Source of the DNA: Candidatus Cloacimonadota bacterium
GTDB taxonomy: Bacteria; Cloacimonadota; Cloacimonadia; JGIOTU-2
NCBI GenBank assembly: GCA_049903315.1
Contig: JBNGBT010000002.1
Coordinates: 304,479 to 368,478, forward strand
Direction: 5' to 3'
Length of the DNA stretch: 64,000 nt
In this document: positions 48,913 to 60,100 of the stretch, one piece after another
Numbering within the stretch: position 1 is the stretch's first letter
Layout: every line of letters begins with the position of its first letter
The notes under the pieces: model-generated
Database searches by the model: none
Told to the model about the DNA's origin: nothing
The model's input: the letters and a program-made list of their open reading frames with translations, nothing else
Made by a program: the position numbers and the translations under genes

Positions 48913-50632
48913 TTTTGTCTATTTCATCGTAGAGGTCGTCGATTAATTGTTCGACTTTTCCGATAATATCATCAAAAGCACAGGTTATCTTCTGTCCTGT
49001 CTTTCGTATTTTTATTTCAACCATTTCATTCTCGAAATTCCTTTTACCGACAATGATATGTAGTGGAATTCCAATAAGATCGGCATCCTTGAATTTGAAA
49101 CCGGCTTTCTCATCTCTATCATCATAGAGTACATCGATAAACTCATCCTGCAAAAGTTCGTACACATTATCACAGAATGTTGTGATTTCTTCATCAGCAG
49201 GAGAAAGATTTACAAGTTCGACATCATAAGGAGATATTGATATTGGCCAGATGATGCCATCTTTATCATGGAATTGCTCGATCGCTGCAGCCATTGTTCG
49301 CGTGATCCCGATACCGTAACATCCCATCTGGTAGGGGATAGGTGTACCATCTTCTGCATCGTAGGTAGCGTCCATTATCTTGCTGTATTTGTCACCAAGC
49401 TGGAATATTTGTCCCACTTCGATGCCGCGGAAGGAGATCATTGGTTTCCCACATTTGGGGCATTTGTCACCCTTTTCTGCCTGAACAAAATCAATCCAGC
49501 CATCAATATGTGCATCTCGTTGCAGGTTTACATTTTTGTAATGATAATCAAGTTCATCTGCTCCGGTGACCATGTTTTTCATACCTTTGAGATTTATATC
49601 AGCGTAAATTTTGATTTTTTTATTGCCAACAGGGCCGACAAAACCTGCGACGGAATTTGTATGATCTGCAATTTCTTGTTCAGTTGCAAACTCGAGATTT
49701 ACACACTGTAGAAAATTCGCAAGCTTCACATTGTTGATCTCTCTGTCACCGCGTATAAGGATTGCAACAAACTCATCATCTGCTTTATAAACGATTGTTT
49801 TGATAAGATTCTTTGGAAGTACACCCAGATATGAACTCACTTCTTCAACGGATTTTCTACTTGGCGTGTGAACTTTCTTCAGTTCTTTCATCGCTCCTGA
49901 TGAATCATTTTCAAAAGGCGCAGTTTTTGCATTTTCGGAGGTGGCAGCATACCCGCATTCGCAATGCAGCACTTCGGATTCACCGGTTTCTGCAAGTACC
50001 ATAAATTCATGAGACGATGAGCCGCCGATTGCGCCTACATCTGCTTCAACAGCGACGCTATTCAATCCACAGCGTGCAAATATCCTTGCATAGGCATCGT
50101 ACATATCATCGTAACTTTTCTGCAATCCTGCTTTGTCTTTATCAAAACTATACGCATCCTTCATAATGAATTCGCGTGAACGCATGACACCGAAACGGGG
50201 GCGTATTTCATCTCGGAATTTTGTCTGTATTTGATAGAGATTGATCGGCAATTTTTTATAGGATTTTATGTCATATTTTGCAATGAGGGTTATTACCTCT
50301 TCGTGAGTTGGACCAAGGGCAAACTCGCGGTCATGACGGTCAGTAAGACGCATAAGTTCGGGTCCGTACACAGCCCATCTGCCGGACATCTCCCAGAGTT
50401 CGCGGGGATGGAGCACGGGCATAAGGATTTCCTGGCATCCTTTATCATTCAGTTCTTCACGGACAATAGTTTCAATATAATTGATAACCTTCTTTGCAAG
50501 CGGGAGATATGAATATATGCCAGAGCCGAGTTTTCGCAGCATGCCGCTGCGTATCATCAAAGTATGACTTGGAATTTCTGCTTCTGCAGGTTTTTCCTTC
50601 AGGGTAGGAATAAACGCCTGAGAAAATCGCAT
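48902..50632 (-). CDS. proS: Proline--tRNA ligase (bacterial type with editing domain)
   Basis: LGPTHEE, KFRDEIRPRFGVMRSREF, GIEVGQIF, MGCYGIG, DADLIG. Confidence 0.98.
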   Translation of the reverse strand: MRFSQAFIPTLKEKPAEAEIPSHTLMIRSGMLRKLGSGIYSYLPLAKKVINYIETIVREELNDKGCQEILMPVLHPRELWEMSGRWAVYGPELMRLTDRHDREFALGPTHEEVITLIAKYDIKSYKKLPINLYQIQTKFRDEIRPRFGVMRSREFIMKDAYSFDKDKAGLQKSYDDMYDAYARIFARCGLNSVAVEADVGAIGGSSSHEFMVLAETGESEVLHCECGYAATSENAKTAPFENDSSGAMKELKKVHTPSRKSVEEVSSYLGVLPKNLIKTIVYKADDEFVAILIRGDREINNVKLANFLQCVNLEFATEQEIADHTNSVAGFVGPVGNKKIKIYADINLKGMKNMVTGADELDYHYKNVNLQRDAHIDGWIDFVQAEKGDKCPKCGKPMISFRGIEVGQIFQLGDKYSKIMDATYDAEDGTPIPYQMGCYGIGITRTMAAAIEQFHDKDGIIWPISISPYDVELVNLSPADEEITTFCDNVYELLQDEFIDVLYDDRDEKAGFKFKDADLIGIPLHIIVGKRNFENEMVEIKIRKTGQKITCAFDDIIGKVEQLIDDLYDEIDKNVT

Positions 50633-50795
50633 GAAAGCCTCCAAAGAGAATTTACATTCACCTTTTTTTTGCGGTGTTTCGGTGTCAAGAAAAGCAATGT
50701 AGAGTTTTTATTATTTGATTGATAATATGAGCATCTGATTTTCTTGACATAAACTTACATCTCATTTCACGTTTCTTACAATCAAGGGAGGTTAT

Positions 50796-53700
50796 ATGAA
50801 AAAGAGGTTTTATATAACTTTATGGATTGTTATGTTCATTCCGTACTACATTTCTGCCTTGAATACAGCACATGAAGGCAATATTCTTTCACTACGAGGT
50901 GATTTTGATAATTGTGAAATAAGCAATGAGACAAGAGGAGAACTTCAATCTTGCTCAGTGAGCATACCGAATTACGCAACAACAGCAGAACCGGGAAAAG
51001 CAGAATTACCCATATTTTCAAAATTAGTATCTTTGCCTTCAACTGGTAATTATGCTCTTTCAAATCTGAGTTATGATTATTATGAACAAACGCTTGAACA
51101 TTCTATTCAATACTTCGGGAGGGAGGATGGCATTGAAAGAGATGAGGATTTCTATTTAGGTGATGAATGGTATCCGAAAGAAATCGTCTCAATCAGTTCA
51201 CCTGTTATAATGCGGGGATACAGATTCAGTCAGGTTTCAATCGTAGCAGTACAGTATAATCCTGCTAGGCAAGTAATTCGATTCCTCAAAGATATTGATG
51301 TCGAATTTACACTTGATTACAATATTACCGAAAATCCACTCATAGATAGTAAAAGCAGACCATCTTCTTCATTCTCGAAAATAGCGTCAGAGCATATTTG
51401 GGGAGTAGAGAAAAACAATATACATGACACAGGAAATTATCTCATCATAGCACCAGATGCGTGCATGAGTATATTACACCCTCTCGCTGAATGGAAGCGA
51501 AAACTCGGGCATGAAGTTGTACTCACCCCATTGTCCGAAATTGGCACCTCACCTGATAATTATGACATAAAAGATTATATACAAAATGCTTATGATAATT
51601 GGGAAATCCCACCTGAGTTTGTGCTATTGGTTGGAGATGTAACAGGAAGTTTTGTCATTTCATCATTCTATGTTGAGGGCTATGCTGCTCAGTGGGATGT
51701 ATCGGATCATCCTTATACTCTGCTCGAAGGAGATGATTATTTCCCTGATATTTTTATAGGCAGATTTCCAATCCAAAGTCTTATGGAATGTGCAACAGTG
51801 GTGAGTAAAATAATTCATTATGAAGGAATATTCACTGAGGGCGATTGGTATGATAGTGCTCTTATGATATCAGGTATATTATCTTATACAAGCGCTAAGC
51901 CGGAAATGTATACACAATATATTACAAAGATGAATGTGAGAGATAAATTGCTTGATTTTGGATTTGATAATGTTGATACATTTACTTATCCATATAATGT
52001 TGGAACCCAACAACTCATAACTATGATAGATGGAGGATACTCACTTATTAATTTTCGTGGATTTGGATATTACTATTATTGGGATAATGGCGAACTCATC
52101 TTAGAAAGCGATGATATATCATACTTAAATAATGGCTATATGCTACCTATGGTTACGAGTATGACCTGCGGTGGCGGTGATTTTGCTGCAGAAGGAACAT
52201 ACCGTTGTTTTGGAGAAGCATGGCTTACCTTGGGCACCTCATCTACACCCAATGGTGCAATTGGTTTTATCGGACCAAGTGAACCGGACACAAAAACACG
52301 ATGGAACAACTGTAATGATATGGGAATTTATCAAGGCATCACTCAAGAAGGATTGTATCGATGCGGAGAAATGATGCTTCGTGGTAAGATGGAGTTATAT
52401 AATAACTATCCTCATAATCATGCATGGGGAGGATCAGAGGATTCGGATCAATTCTATTTTTATGTATATAACTTGCTTGGTGATCCGGGATTGCAAGTCT
52501 GGACAGATACGCCGAAGAGTATTTCTCTGATATGTAACGACAGCATTCCATGCAATCAGAATTACATTGTTGCTAATGTTGACGTTGAGAATAATTGTTC
52601 GGATTTTATGGTAGCACTCACCATAGGGGATTCGCTTATCACGAAAGGGATAACAGATGCGGATGGAAGTGTTACACTCAACACAGACTTTTCCCCGGGA
52701 ACATATGAGATCACTGCATCAAAATATGGCTATTTACCAAAAACTAATGATCTAACAGTATATTCTGATGAATTATTAGAAATAACTGATTATACGTTTT
52801 TGGATGATCCGATCTCGGGGAATATTGTTCAATACGAATTCACTTTATATAATCCCGCTTCATATGCAGTGGATGATATTACTATTTTGATCTCATCTGT
52901 TGATTCGGTCATTACTGTTATCACAGACAGTATATATATTACATCGATCCAATCACACGAGGATCATGTTTGCCAAAATTTATTTTTTGAAATTAATGGA
53001 AAATGGTTAGATGGTCATATCTCGGGTATCGTAGCACTCATGCACTCCAGCTTAGGTGACCAGTCCTTTAAGATTCCTGTTGAAATAAGCAGTCCCGAGT
53101 TAATTTTGTCTCATTTTGTTGTTCAAAATAATGATTGCTGTCTTATTCAAGGGCAGGAAGATAATGTTTTCATAGAATTAACGAATACGGGTTCGACATA
53201 TACAGACTTTATTCACACAGTACTCACCTGTACAAATGATAAAGCCACTGTAAGTCAGAATCAAAGTTATTATACGACAATTACATCAAATGGAACCGGA
53301 GTAAATGCGTTACCTTTTTCAATATTACCTCATCAGATACTTACTGGAGAAAGCGTGCATTTTGAGATGCAGATCATCAAGAATGATTCATTGATTCAAA
53401 GGCTTCAATTTTCGATTCCGGTCGGAGTTATTTCAGAATCGAGCCCAACATTTTCTCAGTATGGTTATTATGCGATAGAAAGCTCTGATATTGGTAATTT
53501 TAATGCTCCGGTATATGACTGGATAGAACTCGATCCGTCTTTGGGAGGTGAAGGCACTCTTATCGAAGGTGTATATATTACAGTAGATGGTTATATTACC
53601 AATATTGATTTACCCTTCGACGTAGTGTATTTTGGAAGATTTTATGACGAAATAACCGTATGCTCTGAAGGATGGCTATCTATGAGGGAAGACATTGTAT

Positions 53701-55712
53701 ATCATAGAAATAAAACGATACCTTCCGGCTGTGGACCGGCTGCGATGATAGCTCCTTTCTGGGATGACCTTCAAGACGGAAATATTTATAAATGGTTTGA
53801 TGAGAGCAATCACAGGTTTATTATCGAGTGGCTGGATTTTGCCAATGCTTATGATCCTACTCACAAGGAAACATTCGAAGTTATTCTTTATGATCCTGAA
53901 TATTATCCCACTAGCAATGGAAATGTTGAAACCCTTTTTCAATACAAATCGGTGTCCAATGTGGATCAAAATGATAATTATGCTACAGTTGGGATTGAGA
54001 ACTTTACACAAACTGATGGAGTGCTGCTGACCTACTCAAATATATACGCACCGACAGCTCATGTACTTCAAGATGAGACTGCAATCCTGTTCACAGTGCA
54101 TGAGAGTTCTGAGATTCCCCTTCTTCAAGCAACACCTTGTTCCCTAAGTTACACATTACCACAGGATACGACAATAACAGATTGTATCATACTCATAAAT
54201 ACTTCAACAACTGATCTGTCATATTCAATTTCCACTTCTCATTATACAGATAAAGGGCAGACAGGAGGGGGAAAGAATATTGAGAATGATTTCATTATAT
54301 CTTCCTCAGCATATTATAACACTAATATGCCAACGGACATCTATTGCTACCTTTACCATTCCAGTCCGGATGCTGAATCTGTGTATGGTGTCAAAATGGA
54401 TTTCCCCGATGGTGTATATGTGAATGATGCGACAAATATCAGGACGCTTACGTATAATGGTCAAATGGGTTATGGTGTTGAAGTACTTTGGGGATATGAA
54501 CAGGGTTTGGCTTTGAATATACTGGGAATTCACTCTTATACTATAAATGTTACAGTGGAAGATACCGTAACCGGCCCTATTACTATTGATTGGTATATTG
54601 AGGGAGATGGATCTGGAGCACCTCCACATTCTACTGAGGGTTCAATAACTCTCGAACCCTCGACAAATAAATATTTATGGATTGAATATCCAAACGGAGG
54701 AGAAACCTGGGTTTACAGTATGGTTGACACGATCAGGTGGAGTACTTACGGGAGTATAGATGCGGTTTCAATTTTCTTAAAAACACAAATCGATGGTAAT
54801 TGGGAATTGATTACTGAGAATATACCAAATATAAACGAATTTGCTTGTGAAATTTTCGGTGATGTATCAAATTTTTGCAAAATAAACATCCGCGATGCAA
54901 ATGGGTATGCAAGTGATAGTTCAGATGATTATTTTTCAATTAATATCTTTGATATCACTCATCCTGAAGATGGCGATGAAATAAAATATAATACCCTTGA
55001 TACATTAACTTGGGATTATTACGGTATTTATGACGAGATTATTTTAGAAATATCCAGGGATGGAGGGTATAATTGGAATGTAGTAGATGAATCAATTCCA
55101 AATTCTGGAGAATATGAATATATTGTTTCCGGACCACCTTCGAATTGGTGTGTGTATAAGATTACATCTTCAGATTTAAGTGTGTCGAATTACTCCCATG
55201 GTAATTTCAAAATTGTCGATCCATCTGTATTTTGGCTTTCTTTGGGCACACATTCCGGCACACTCTCCGGGGGTGAATCAACCAATATATATTTCGATGC
55301 ATCCACAGAAGGACTTGGGTCCGGCTCATATGAAGCATTTCTTTGTATAAAATCCTTCATCGGACAGAAGATCAATATTCCGGTCACTCTCGAAGTAACC
55401 TGTTCCATAGAAGAGCAGGAAGAAAATGCAAAGGAGCTCTCTTCACATCCAAATCCCTTTTCTCTCACAACGACAATTTCGTATTTCTTAAAGGAATATA
55501 CTTATGAAAAAGTATGTATCATGATTTACAACGTCAAAGGTCAACTCATTCAGGAACTTAAAGATGTTAGTCATGAAATGGGCTTGAACGAAGTAGAATG
55601 GGATGGAAACGACTTTATGGGGAAAAGAGTTTCCTCGGGTCTTTATTTTTATCAGATAAAATGCGGGAATAAAACGATCTGGACGAATAAATGCTTGTTT
55701 TTAGGAGAATGA
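50796..55712 (+). CDS. Peptidase C25 (gingipain-like) large secreted protein with propeptide and CTD, paralogue A
   Basis: WKRKLG, VLLVGD, SDHPY, PDIFIGR, MTCGGGDF, YNLLGDP, IAPFWDDL, PNPF..IYNVKGQ. Confidence 0.9.
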   Translation: MKKRFYITLWIVMFIPYYISALNTAHEGNILSLRGDFDNCEISNETRGELQSCSVSIPNYATTAEPGKAELPIFSKLVSLPSTGNYALSNLSYDYYEQTLEHSIQYFGREDGIERDEDFYLGDEWYPKEIVSISSPVIMRGYRFSQVSIVAVQYNPARQVIRFLKDIDVEFTLDYNITENPLIDSKSRPSSSFSKIASEHIWGVEKNNIHDTGNYLIIAPDACMSILHPLAEWKRKLGHEVVLTPLSEIGTSPDNYDIKDYIQNAYDNWEIPPEFVLLVGDVTGSFVISSFYVEGYAAQWDVSDHPYTLLEGDDYFPDIFIGRFPIQSLMECATVVSKIIHYEGIFTEGDWYDSALMISGILSYTSAKPEMYTQYITKMNVRDKLLDFGFDNVDTFTYPYNVGTQQLITMIDGGYSLINFRGFGYYYYWDNGELILESDDISYLNNGYMLPMVTSMTCGGGDFAAEGTYRCFGEAWLTLGTSSTPNGAIGFIGPSEPDTKTRWNNCNDMGIYQGITQEGLYRCGEMMLRGKMELYNNYPHNHAWGGSEDSDQFYFYVYNLLGDPGLQVWTDTPKSISLICNDSIPCNQNYIVANVDVENNCSDFMVALTIGDSLITKGITDADGSVTLNTDFSPGTYEITASKYGYLPKTNDLTVYSDELLEITDYTFLDDPISGNIVQYEFTLYNPASYAVDDITILISSVDSVITVITDSIYITSIQSHEDHVCQNLFFEINGKWLDGHISGIVALMHSSLGDQSFKIPVEISSPELILSHFVVQNNDCCLIQGQEDNVFIELTNTGSTYTDFIHTVLTCTNDKATVSQNQSYYTTITSNGTGVNALPFSILPHQILTGESVHFEMQIIKNDSLIQRLQFSIPVGVISESSPTFSQYGYYAIESSDIGNFNAPVYDWIELDPSLGGEGTLIEGVYITVDGYITNIDLPFDVVYFGRFYDEITVCSEGWLSMREDIVYHRNKTIPSGCGPAAMIAPFWDDLQDGNIYKWFDESNHRFIIEWLDFANAYDPTHKETFEVILYDPEYYPTSNGNVETLFQYKSVSNVDQNDNYATVGIENFTQTDGVLLTYSNIYAPTAHVLQDETAILFTVHESSEIPLLQATPCSLSYTLPQDTTITDCIILINTSTTDLSYSISTSHYTDKGQTGGGKNIENDFIISSSAYYNTNMPTDIYCYLYHSSPDAESVYGVKMDFPDGVYVNDATNIRTLTYNGQMGYGVEVLWGYEQGLALNILGIHSYTINVTVEDTVTGPITIDWYIEGDGSGAPPHSTEGSITLEPSTNKYLWIEYPNGGETWVYSMVDTIRWSTYGSIDAVSIFLKTQIDGNWELITENIPNINEFACEIFGDVSNFCKINIRDANGYASDSSDDYFSINIFDITHPEDGDEIKYNTLDTLTWDYYGIYDEIILEISRDGGYNWNVVDESIPNSGEYEYIVSGPPSNWCVYKITSSDLSVSNYSHGNFKIVDPSVFWLSLGTHSGTLSGGESTNIYFDASTEGLGSGSYEAFLCIKSFIGQKINIPVTLEVTCSIEEQEENAKELSSHPNPFSLTTTISYFLKEYTYEKVCIMIYNVKGQLIQELKDVSHEMGLNEVEWDGNDFMGKRVSSGLYFYQIKCGNKTIWTNKCLFLGE

Positions 55713-55777
55713 ATGTAAAATTTGACAATGAGATTATTAATTACAAAAAATATTAATCAATATCACGGAGGTGTGAT

Positions 55778-57028
55778 ATGAGTATAAAGAAATATGTTTT
55801 TATTGGATTTGCTGTTGTTTTTATTACATCAGCTTTATGCGGGAGTAATAAGGATTTACCAGCCCCGAATAATTTCACTGTATTTGCAGATACAATGAGG
55901 ATTGGAATATCGTGGGATCCACCGGATGGAAATACGAATCACTTTGTTAGATATGATCTGTATCGATCTGATATTGGGAAATATTTTTCTTTTGAAGAAA
56001 TTCCAAGTGGTGTTTATTATGATTATATGGTGGAAAATGAGGAATATACTTATTACGTAAAAGCTGTGTATTGGGAAGGCGAATCGCAACCTTCAGACAT
56101 ACTTTCCATATCACCTTTTTATGATTCATTTTTTACTGGTACAGTCATAGCATCTGTTTCGGATAATGCCGGCAATCCTATTGAAAATGCTCGTGTTGTT
56201 CTCGATGGATCTGGTGAAATAGAATATTCAATTTTATCAAATATTGATGGAGTAGCACATATCGATCAAGTTCGTCTTGGAGGTTATGATGTAGATCATT
56301 ATCATCCTTGTTTTTCCACGTCCACTTATCCTTATTCAATTGCCTTTGACGTTCCTACAATCATGTTTATTGATCTTGATTTTGGATCATCATACCTCAC
56401 AATAATCCCATCATCAATCTCCCATAGTATCGAAGTTGGTACAACAGATTCAGTTGGATTTTGTATTAACAATATTTCAAGTAATTCATTTGCATGGACA
56501 GCATCAATATACAACAACTCATGTCCATCTCAAAATTGGATATCCTTAAGCGATTCATCCGGAGCAATACTTGGTGATGATCAAGTTGAGTTACAAATGT
56601 ACTTTGATGCAACAGCTATAAATTCAAATGTAACATGTACATGTGAAATTGGATTTCGTGAAAATTTCGAGACAAATTTTGCTATAGTGCCAATCACGTT
56701 ATATGTAACAGGATATTCAATTGATGAGGGATTATCAGAATTATATCAAAATGTACAAGCACATCCAAATCCTTTTATTAGTTCTACGACAATTTCGTAT
56801 TACAGTAAAGATTCTAAAAGTATAAAATCGTGTTTATTGATCTACAACATCAAAGGACAACTCATTCGAGAGATAACTCACCAGTCAAACAGGTTAGGTG
56901 TTACCTCAGTTATCTGGGATGGTAAAGATGATGTGGGTAGAAATATTTTATCAGGTTTGTATTTTTATCAGATAAAATCCGGAAATAAAATAATAGCATC
57001 GAATAAGTGTTTGTTATTGAGAAACTAA
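55778..57028 (+). CDS. Secreted FN3 / carboxypeptidase-regulatory / BACON-like protein with CTD
   Basis: PAPNN..SWDPP..YTYYVKAVY.EGES; WISLS..SG; HPNPF CTD. Confidence 0.8.
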   Translation: MSIKKYVFIGFAVVFITSALCGSNKDLPAPNNFTVFADTMRIGISWDPPDGNTNHFVRYDLYRSDIGKYFSFEEIPSGVYYDYMVENEEYTYYVKAVYWEGESQPSDILSISPFYDSFFTGTVIASVSDNAGNPIENARVVLDGSGEIEYSILSNIDGVAHIDQVRLGGYDVDHYHPCFSTSTYPYSIAFDVPTIMFIDLDFGSSYLTIIPSSISHSIEVGTTDSVGFCINNISSNSFAWTASIYNNSCPSQNWISLSDSSGAILGDDQVELQMYFDATAINSNVTCTCEIGFRENFETNFAIVPITLYVTGYSIDEGLSELYQNVQAHPNPFISSTTISYYSKDSKSIKSCLLIYNIKGQLIREITHQSNRLGVTSVIWDGKDDVGRNILSGLYFYQIKSGNKIIASNKCLLLRN

Positions 57029-57102
57029 TTCCGTAGTACTAACTACTTGACATAAAAAACCTCTCTTTTTATCAACAACTCAAAATCAAAAGGGGAGGTC
57101 GC

Positions 57103-60100
57103 GTGAAAAAGATACTTTTCACGGGCATAGTTTTAATGCTCTTTATTCCTGCGAGCATATTCGCTTTGGATATTACTCTCGAAAGTAACAATCTCAAACT
57201 GCAAGGCAACTTCGACAACTGCGAAATAAGCGACGAAACAAGGGGAGAGTTTCAGTTTTGCAGTGTCTCAATAGAGGAATATGCTTCAACCGCTGAAACG
57301 GGTAAAGCATCATTGCCGATCTACACGAAATTATTCTCACTTCCGTCAACAGGGAATTTTGTCCTTGAGAATTTTAATTATGATTATGATGAGATTGCAA
57401 TTGATTTACCCATCCAACCATTCGGGTGGGAAGACAACATAGAAAAGAATGTAGAATTCTATAGCAAAGATGAATGGTATCCCAAAGAGATCGTTTCAAT
57501 CGGTTCTCCTGTTATTATGCGCGGATACAGATTTTGCCAGATATCAATAGCTGCAGTTCAATATAATCCTGCTAAAAATATGATTAGAATTCTTAAAAAC
57601 ATCGATGCAGAATTCTTGCTGGATAGGAGTAATTCGGATAATCCTTTATCAGATTTAAAAAGCAGACATTCATCCTCATTTTCAAAAATGGCATCAGAAC
57701 ATATTTATGGAACCCATAAAGACGGCATCATTGACAACGGCAGCTATCTCATCATTACCCCTGATGCATGCGTGAGTACACTTCAGACACTTGCACAGTG
57801 GAAAAGAAAACTCGGGCATGAGGTGACTATAACTCCATTGTCAGAAATCGGGGCATCACCAGATAATTACGATATAAAAAATTACATACAAAACGCATAT
57901 CTCTCGTGGGATGTCCCGCCGGAATTTGTCATTTTGGTGGGAGATGTGACAGGCAATTATATCATTCCATCTTTCTATGTGGATGGCTATTTGACTCAGT
58001 ATGATGTCTCGGATCATCCTTATACGTTATTGGACGGAACGGACTATTTCCCGGACATATTTATCGGAAGGATCTCAATACAGAGTCTTATGGACCTGAG
58101 CACAATAATCAGCAAAATTATCAATTACGAAAGCACTCAAGTGACTGGTAACTGGTATAATAAAGCGCTGATGATCTCTTGTGTTGACCCTGAATACGGC
58201 ATGTATACTCACTATATCACAAAACTAAATATCGGAAGCAAACTGTACAATGGAGGTTTTCAGCAGGTTGATTTTTTTACCTATCCGATGAATGTAGGTA
58301 TCCCTCAACTCGTCGATATGATAAACGGAGGATATGCGCTGATAAATTTCCGCGGCTTCGGCAGTCCGTTATACTGGTGCAATTCGTATGGATATCACTT
58401 TTTAAACAGTGTTGATATTCCCTCGATGAACAATGGTTTCATGCTTCCCATGCTTACCAGTATGACCTGCGGAGGTGGCGATTTTGCATTTGCGGATGAT
58501 AATCAATGTTTTGGGGAAATATGGATGAAAGAAGGCTCTCCTGCCAATCCAAAAGGTGCAATAGGTTTTATCGGACCTAGTGAATGGGATACAAAAACTC
58601 CGTGGAATAACTGCAATGACATGGGCATCTATCAAGGAATCACTCAAGAAGGAATAAGCAGATGCGGAGAAATGCTTTTGCGCGGGAAAATGGAACTCTA
58701 TAATAACTATCCTCACAATCATGCGTGGGGAGGTTCATTGGATTCGGATCAATTTTATTTTTATGTGTACAATCTTCTTGGCGACCCGGGATTGCAGGTG
58801 TGGACAGACATCCCAGAATTTATAACTTTAAATACTGAGAGCAGTATTTCCGAGCAGCAAAATTATATCGTTGCAGAAATTGATGTCGATGATGACGTAT
58901 CCGATTTTATGGTCACAATAACGAGTGATGGTGAGCTCATAACCAAAGGGTTGACCGATGAAAATGGAAGCGTAACTCTTTTTGCTGATTTTTTAGTTGG
59001 CAGCTACCAGATAAATGCATCAAAATATGGCTATTTGCCGGAAATGAATACTCTAAGTGTGTACTCGGACGAGCAATTGGAACTGACAAATGTGACATAT
59101 CTCGATGATCCGATCTCAGGAAATACAATCGAATATGAACTTGTTCTGCATAATCCTGCTCCGATTTCTGCTGATAATATTATGATATATTTTTCTTCAG
59201 AAAACTCCGCATTATCAGTAATTACAGATAGTATTTTTATTCCATCAATCCCCTCAAATGCAAGTCATACATGCGAAAATCTCTTCCTCGAAATAGATGA
59301 AGTCTGGCAAAATGACAATACAGCGAATTTGGATGTTCATATTACATCAAATCTCGGAGATCAGTCTCTGATTATACCAGTGGAAATAATGAGTCCTGAA
59401 CTTGTTCTTTTTGACTTTCTCGCACAAAATCCAGACACGTGCCTCATACAGAACCAGCAAGATGATGTTGTCATTGATCTTACAAACACAGGCTCTGTGA
59501 ATACAGATATATTTACTGCTCTACTTGTATGCACGAATGATAAAGTACAGGTAATCCAGCACGAGAGCTTGTATAACTCAATTTCTGTGAGTGCTACAGG
59601 ATCGAATACAGTTCTTTTCTCAGTTCTGCCGGATGAAGTAATAACCGGAGAAATAGCCCAGTACGAATTGCAGATCACACAAAATGATTCCCTCGTGCAA
59701 TGCCTTCAATTTTCAATTCCAATAGGGAATATTGGGCAGACGAGTCCAACCTTTTCTAATTATGGATATTACGCAATAGAGAGTTCGGACACAGGATTTT
59801 TCAATGCGCCGGTCTATGATTGGGTAGAAGTGGATCCAGCTATGGGAGGACAGGGCATACCCGTGTACGGTGATTATGTATCGATCGACGGGTATACGAA
59901 AATTCTCGATCTCCCTTTCAGGTTTGTCTATTTTGGCAGATATTATGAAACAGTTTCAATTTCCTCGAGCGGTTGGATATCAATGGGGAATGAGATCATT
60001 TATCACAGAAATAAGACAATTCCATCCGGCTGCGGACCTGCAGCAATGATCGCACCTTTCTGGGATAATCTTCAAAATGGTAATATTTTTGCCTGGTTCG